DNA of 36,129 nt from UHGV virus genome UHGV-0276305; one strand, 5' to 3'. Numbering within the stretch: position 1 is the first letter of the stretch; the number at the start of each line of letters is the position of its first letter. The stretch is from a virus. Positions 31,330 through 36,129 of the stretch are shown here, one piece after another. The notes beneath the pieces are model-generated. The model saw only the letters and a program-made list of their open reading frames with translations. It was not told the origin of the DNA and did no database searches. Both the position numbers and the translations under genes were made by a program.

Positions 31330-31343
31330 CTAAGGAGAAAACT

Positions 31344-31742
31344 ATGAAGCTTTGGGCTAGTGACTTTGGAACTTTTAAGTACACTCGTAATGGCTCGCTT
31401 GTACGCATTGTCGGAAACAATGTGGTTTCAAGAGGTGACAAGGTATATACACGGTTTACTGTAGAGCTTGTTGAGCTGTCGCCTATTGAGTCTGTGAACA
31501 ATGGACTCTTCAAGTTTGAGACTTACAATGTCAATGAACATGGACAATTCAACCCTCTTGGTGAAAGTGGACTTGATATTATTTCAGAACACCCATTGAC
31601 AAAAGAGCAACTTGCAAGTTATTATAAAACTGTTCTTGAAAGGCAGTTAGCAACACATGAACAAGAAGCTAACTATCATTTACAACATTGTGAAGCTTTA
31701 AGAGCAAAAATCGAACAAGCAGAGAGAGGTTTTTATGAATAA
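31344..31742 (+). CDS. hypothetical protein
   Basis: 132-aa ORF with strong TAAGGAGA Shine-Dalgarno. Confidence 0.6.
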   Translation: MKLWASDFGTFKYTRNGSLVRIVGNNVVSRGDKVYTRFTVELVELSPIESVNNGLFKFETYNVNEHGQFNPLGESGLDIISEHPLTKEQLASYYKTVLERQLATHEQEANYHLQHCEALRAKIEQAERGFYE

Positions 31743-32130
31743 TAGCAGTCATATCCACGTTAAAGTTGATGTCAGTCGTTACAGTGAAAATGAAGAATTA
31801 GACCTGCAAGATGCTCTTCTCTTTGAGAAGAATGGCAATCTGCATTTGCATTTTGAAGGTACAAACACATATCTCCACAGATGCCGAGATGATGCCGATG
31901 GTTGTCCTGTTTTTGCTTGGTACAATTTAGAGTTTCCTCTTTATGCAATCCATTATCCAGATGGTGGAGAAGACTGGACAACTCAATCAATCTTTGATGA
32001 GCTTAATGGTGTTCCAGTTGAGCAAGAAGAGCGAGAGCCTGTTGAACTTACCTTCACCTTTATCAAAGAAGAGAAAGTAGGTGACTTGTCAGTAACTGAA
32101 GCAATTCAAGTCTCACAGGTGATTCGTTAA
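31735..32130 (+). CDS. hypothetical protein
   Basis: 131-aa ORF, overlapping start. Confidence 0.55.
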   Translation: MNNSSHIHVKVDVSRYSENEELDLQDALLFEKNGNLHLHFEGTNTYLHRCRDDADGCPVFAWYNLEFPLYAIHYPDGGEDWTTQSIFDELNGVPVEQEEREPVELTFTFIKEEKVGDLSVTEAIQVSQVIR

Positions 32131-32423
32131 TGAGTAAAGTACAGGTTATTTTCCCTATTTGTGACTTCTCACTAGAGCGTGAACTTGACCTGTACGAAGA
32201 AATTACTGACGAAATCATCTGGTCTGTTGTAGAAGAGGCTATCAAGAAACTGTATGGTGGCCTCTTAAATCCATCAAGTAAAAAGCTCACTACTAAGCAA
32301 GTAGCTGATACGTACACTTCATATGATGCCTACAACAAGCCTTTTGAGAACACCTGCTTTGACCTTATGGTAGGTAATAATAAAGTCAACTATTTCTTCG
32401 TCAGAGAGTTTAACGATGAGTAA
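32130..32423 (+). CDS. hypothetical protein
   Basis: 97-aa ORF, ATGA-type overlap. Confidence 0.55.
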   Translation: MSKVQVIFPICDFSLERELDLYEEITDEIIWSVVEEAIKKLYGGLLNPSSKKLTTKQVADTYTSYDAYNKPFENTCFDLMVGNNKVNYFFVREFNDE

Positions 32424-32760
32424 GCTCCATGTCACAGTTTACAAAAACTTCTCAGATATTAAAGAGTCTTTAACAAATAAGCTTGACATGCAACGGAAAA
32501 GACTCTTTTTAATGTACGATATTGACAACTACGACCATCCTAAAGAGTTTAACTACAAAGATGGTACAAAGGTTGTTGAATTTGAAGATTCTGTAACGGT
32601 GTATGTCAAGTATGACTTACCAGCGAAGTATATAGGGATGTTAGAGTACTATATATTCAAACATACAGGTATGCGTGGTGAATCTGTCAAGATATCTTCT
32701 ATAGAGGTTTTTGAGAAACCTAACACACAACTTAAAAAGTATTTAATGAGGAAACTGTAA
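32416..32760 (+). CDS. hypothetical protein
   Basis: 114-aa ORF. Confidence 0.55.
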   Translation: MSKLHVTVYKNFSDIKESLTNKLDMQRKRLFLMYDIDNYDHPKEFNYKDGTKVVEFEDSVTVYVKYDLPAKYIGMLEYYIFKHTGMRGESVKISSIEVFEKPNTQLKKYLMRKL

Positions 32761-33350
32761 TGTCCGAAGAGCAACAGAATATTACCCCACAAGTAACACT
32801 AGTCCAACATTTTGGGAACATTGAAGGTTGTGTTGCACTTTTTCAACCAAGTATCAATTCTCCTGCAAAAGTCTGTAAGTTGACTATGAATGTCAACAAT
32901 ATCAGTGTTTGCCTTGTTGATGAAGTACAATACTTCAAATTCAATGACAGAGAAGTTGATGCTGCACTATTGAAGTATCGAGCAAGCCTCGAAAAAGACA
33001 TTGACCATAAAGAGCTTGTCACACTGTTTGGTGACCTACACAAGCTTCTTGAAAAGGTTATTAAGCGTACATACTACATGAACAATGGTTCAATCATCAC
33101 AACTTTGATTTCTCCATGTATATCAGAGCCAATTCTGACTGATGAAGGTGGATACTACGTAGTGGCATCAGCAGATTCTGATTGGTGGATGAAAAATACA
33201 GCACTTAAGACGGTTATTGAGGCTATTCGTGAGCATATCCCTTCATTCAGCCCGTGGAAAGGTAAAGGTGATGACTTTATCGCACTATTGAGTGAAGAAA
33301 GTAGCAAACGCAGTGCATTAATGCCTAAGAAGTACTCTTGCCGAGTATAA
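32760..33350 (+). CDS. hypothetical protein
   Basis: 196-aa ORF. Confidence 0.55.
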   Translation: MSEEQQNITPQVTLVQHFGNIEGCVALFQPSINSPAKVCKLTMNVNNISVCLVDEVQYFKFNDREVDAALLKYRASLEKDIDHKELVTLFGDLHKLLEKVIKRTYYMNNGSIITTLISPCISEPILTDEGGYYVVASADSDWWMKNTALKTVIEAIREHIPSFSPWKGKGDDFIALLSEESSKRSALMPKKYSCRV

Positions 33351-33422
33351 AATATTGACTATAATGGGAGCTATCGAGAGGTAGTTCCCTTTTTAGCTTC
33401 TTAAGAAGATGCGTGGTGAAAA

Positions 33423-33641
33423 ATGAAAAAACTAACTACAGTTGAAGATTACTACAAACTGTCCTTGTTAGAGCAGTATCGTAGGAGCCAGAATATCAGA
33501 AAATGCTATGGTAAACACGCTGAAGGTGACTTTTACCGTTGCTACGATGCAGATTTAAAAGGTGTAACACCTAGAGGGAAAGTCCTGCAAAGACTTGTTG
33601 ACCTTGAGTGGAACAAACGATTGAGAGGGGTTGGGAAATGA
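33423..33641 (+). CDS. hypothetical protein
   Basis: 72-aa ORF. Confidence 0.45.
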   Translation: MKKLTTVEDYYKLSLLEQYRRSQNIRKCYGKHAEGDFYRCYDADLKGVTPRGKVLQRLVDLEWNKRLRGVGK

Positions 33642-34141
33642 TTTACGAAGAAAGATACAAGATAGATTATCAGAAGACTGGTCATCACACTTCACTAAGA
33701 GTAACCAAACCAAATGGGGATACTGGTATCATAGCACATTTTGGTGGTGATTATTGGTACGGTACAGGTTGCTTTGAGGGCTACAGTCAAGAATACTTGA
33801 AAGCCTTCTACAGAGACTTTACAAACGACTACAACAGGGTTGTTGACGAAAAGAATAAGTGCATTAAGCATGAATATCATGCCAGAGGTTGTCTAAATAT
33901 TGTTATGATACTAGTGTTCTTCTTAGCAACATTACTAGCTGTATCAGCAATCAGCTACATAGCTCAAGACTTGACCATTACACAGATTACTGCAAAATTG
34001 CATGATGTCTGGTACTTGTATATTGTTCCTTTAGCTGGTATCATCATCTCACTAATGAGGTTCAGAGTTCATAAAAAACGACTTAAGGACTCTGAGGTTA
34101 AACTTGAAGAGGTAAGTAAAGAATGCAACCTACAATTATAG
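33638..34141 (+). CDS. hypothetical membrane protein (two predicted TM helices)
   Basis: ORF track start 33608; the ATG at 33638 has a GAGAGGGG Shine-Dalgarno and overlaps the upstream stop; C-terminal hydrophobic segments IVMILVFFLATLLAVSAISYIA and VWYLYIVPLAGIIISL. Confidence 0.55.
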   Translation: MIYEERYKIDYQKTGHHTSLRVTKPNGDTGIIAHFGGDYWYGTGCFEGYSQEYLKAFYRDFTNDYNRVVDEKNKCIKHEYHARGCLNIVMILVFFLATLLAVSAISYIAQDLTITQITAKLHDVWYLYIVPLAGIIISLMRFRVHKKRLKDSEVKLEEVSKECNLQL

Positions 34142-34217
34142 CTGTATGTGTTCGTTTTGCAATCGCTGAAATGATTAACAAGGCAATCTTAAAAGATGCC
34201 TATGGAGAAACTAAGTA

Positions 34218-34442
34218 ATGATTAAGACACCTGTACCAATTTTTGGATTTCCTTCTATAGAAGAGTTCAAAGTTTATCTTGACAAAAACTTCTACAACGA
34301 GCAGCCTGTTACTTTGCTGAAGAGCGACTTATCAGAACTTCTTGATATGGTTATTAAGGCAACTTCTGAGAAGGAACCTGAGCAGAAAGCTGAGAAGAAG
34401 ACTAGTAAGAAATCCGATAAGAAGGCTGAAAAGTCTGAGTAA
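34218..34442 (+). CDS. hypothetical protein with Lys/Glu-rich tail
   Basis: 74-aa ORF. Confidence 0.45.
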   Translation: MIKTPVPIFGFPSIEEFKVYLDKNFYNEQPVTLLKSDLSELLDMVIKATSEKEPEQKAEKKTSKKSDKKAEKSE

Positions 34443-34494
34443 TAACTTAGGGGTTACTTGATAGCCCCTTTGTAGAAACTTAGAAGGTAGCGAA

Positions 34495-34923
34495 ATGAAA
34501 GAGCATGTAGGTAAAGAGCTTGACATTGTAGATGCAAAGACACAGAGTTATATAGCTACTGTTAAGTTTCTTGGAATTAGTGATATGAGTGATTTTTATC
34601 CTCTCAACTGCATAGTGCTAGACAAATTTAAGGTTTGTGGTATTAATTTTAATGAGGATAACTTTATAAGCTTTGATAAGGACGGTTTCTGGCGTGGTAA
34701 GAACCATCCTCAAGCAAATGAGTTTGATATGCGTCTAGTGATACCACAAAAAGGTAATCCACAAAACGTAAAAGATATCCTCGTAGAAGCCTATGAAGAA
34801 GGTATAATTGATATTGTGCATGATGTTGAAAAAGCTTTAAAGCTTGTTATGCCGCATTTAGAATCTGGAAAGCTGACTTTAGAGATGCTTAATAGGGTTA
34901 TTCGGAGAGCTTATGAAAATTAA
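34495..34923 (+). CDS. hypothetical protein
   Basis: 142-aa ORF. Confidence 0.55.
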   Translation: MKEHVGKELDIVDAKTQSYIATVKFLGISDMSDFYPLNCIVLDKFKVCGINFNEDNFISFDKDGFWRGKNHPQANEFDMRLVIPQKGNPQNVKDILVEAYEEGIIDIVHDVEKALKLVMPHLESGKLTLEMLNRVIRRAYEN

Positions 34924-35377
34924 AGAAGTAGTGCAAAGAGCAATGCTTGACAATTCTACTAAAGATGAGATGTACACAGAAATTTGTGAAAAGTTGAACT
35001 GTTCAAGACATGCTGCTAAGATTCTTGTACATTGTTTTATTTGGGAATGCTCAGAAGCCTATATGCAATATGTAGCGTTTGAAAGTTCTCACTTGCTAGG
35101 TGATGTAGAAGTTGGTGAGAAACTAAAAGAACCTGAGATGAAAACAGTCCCTAAAGTTGGTAATGTATACCCTCTTAAAGATTTCAAGACTGGAAAGATT
35201 GTTGCAAAAGGTGTAGTAGAATCTGTTTATCACGATGGTAAATACTTACTTAAAGTATTTGAGTATGATAGCCACTACACACACTTGTGTGGGATTACAT
35301 TCTTAGTAACAGAAGAAGACCTCATTAAGAACAACGGCAACAAGTTTGCAGTTCCAGCTTATCAAGTTTTACGATAA
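34913..35377 (+). CDS. hypothetical protein
   Basis: 154-aa ORF. Confidence 0.55.
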   Translation: MKIKEVVQRAMLDNSTKDEMYTEICEKLNCSRHAAKILVHCFIWECSEAYMQYVAFESSHLLGDVEVGEKLKEPEMKTVPKVGNVYPLKDFKTGKIVAKGVVESVYHDGKYLLKVFEYDSHYTHLCGITFLVTEEDLIKNNGNKFAVPAYQVLR

Positions 35378-35939
35378 TGGTGTGATAGATATGGAAAAAG
35401 ATAACTTAAAAGAGGTTGAAGGCAACTACCTAGTCCTTGACTGGAATGATATTCGGGAAGCACTATCCGAAGAAAATCTTGACTGGTTCCAACAAATTAT
35501 CTTTGCAGTACGGCATAACAGAGAAGTTGAAAATGGTAAAGAGCCACTTGAAGGAATCTTTGTAGAAAGGTCTTACCCGTTCTATGAAGACACTTTACAG
35601 AAAGTTAAGATGTACTTTAGACAGAAGAACCGTAAAGTGGTTACTATGGTATCTCTTGGTGGACAGAGTATGTCTGTGATGGAAGATATCAACCCTAAGA
35701 GACCGAGTAAAGGTGTTTGTATAAAAATCACAGGTCACGAAGAGTATATCTCAGTGGATGACTTTAGAGCATTCTGTAGTGGTTCTTGTGTCTTTAATGG
35801 TTTTCACTATGATATCCGAGTTTACCCAATCAAGGGGGATGATATCATGATGCAGGTATTTGATAACAACAATGGATTTACTCATTTTTATCAGACAACT
35901 AAGTCATCATTAAAAACAGTTCTGGAAACACTGATTTAA
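35346..35939 (+). CDS. hypothetical protein
   Basis: 197-aa ORF; true start may be the internal ATG at 35392. Confidence 0.5.
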   Translation: MQFQLIKFYDNGVIDMEKDNLKEVEGNYLVLDWNDIREALSEENLDWFQQIIFAVRHNREVENGKEPLEGIFVERSYPFYEDTLQKVKMYFRQKNRKVVTMVSLGGQSMSVMEDINPKRPSKGVCIKITGHEEYISVDDFRAFCSGSCVFNGFHYDIRVYPIKGDDIMMQVFDNNNGFTHFYQTTKSSLKTVLETLI

Positions 35940-35949
35940 AATATCTTAA

Positions 35950-35978
35950 GAGCCTCCTTAATTGGGGGCTTTTTTATT
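35950..35978 (+). terminator. intrinsic terminator after last plus-strand gene
   Basis: AGCCUCC-UUAAUU-GGGGGCU stem (one G-U pair) followed by UUUUUUAUU. Confidence 0.7.
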
Positions 35979-36100
35979 GAGTAAAATTTACGAAATTTAT
36001 ATTTTTTATAAAAATTTTATCGGTTGTCCCAACCTCTGGGTCACCATCATATGTGAATAAAATATCTATCCTTCTTAACAACCTTCTTAATCTTACTCTC

Positions 36101-36129
36101 TATATAGTTATATAGTACTATATAGTATC
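36101..36129. repeat. short tandem AT-rich repeats (tatagtNNta x3) at window end
   Basis: tatatagtta tatagtacta tatagtatc; also cttcttaa twice just upstream. Confidence 0.5.

Overview
This 36.1-kb window looks like part of a tailed-phage (contractile-tail, myovirus-type) genome, AT-rich and very densely coded; all calls are made by eye from the sequence and ORF track, with no searches run. Layout: (1) positions 1-20393, minus strand, a late structural operon read from high to low coordinates: terminase large subunit, portal, S49/ClpP-like prohead protease-scaffold, lambda gpD-like decoration protein, major capsid protein, head-tail joining proteins, tail sheath, tail tube, a G/GT-type tail chaperone pair with a U_UUU_UUC slippery site, tape measure protein, a P2/Mu-like baseplate block and a tail fibre that runs off the window start. 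(2) 20.6-26.0 kb, minus strand: a large tRNA cluster (24 reasonably canonical tRNAs, 3 atypical tRNA-like genes and one 3' fragment, hand-folded), interrupted by an HNH endonuclease gene, two small protein genes and several repeated structured spacers. (3) 26.2-28.1 kb, minus strand: a 471-aa protein with a C-terminal vWA/MIDAS domain directly upstream of the tRNA cluster, plus a small Gly/Pro/Lys-motif protein. (4) 28.3-35.9 kb, plus strand: a run of small overlapping genes including a protein with three tandem Ig-like domains translationally coupled to a T4-type (GH24) endolysin, ending in intrinsic terminators. The most interesting hypothesis is that the vWA protein is Ro60/TROVE-like and acts with the tRNA-like or long-stem RNAs next to it; this is inference and needs profile searches. 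tRNA anticodons and boundaries were folded by hand and should be re-derived with tRNAscan-SE or ARAGORN.
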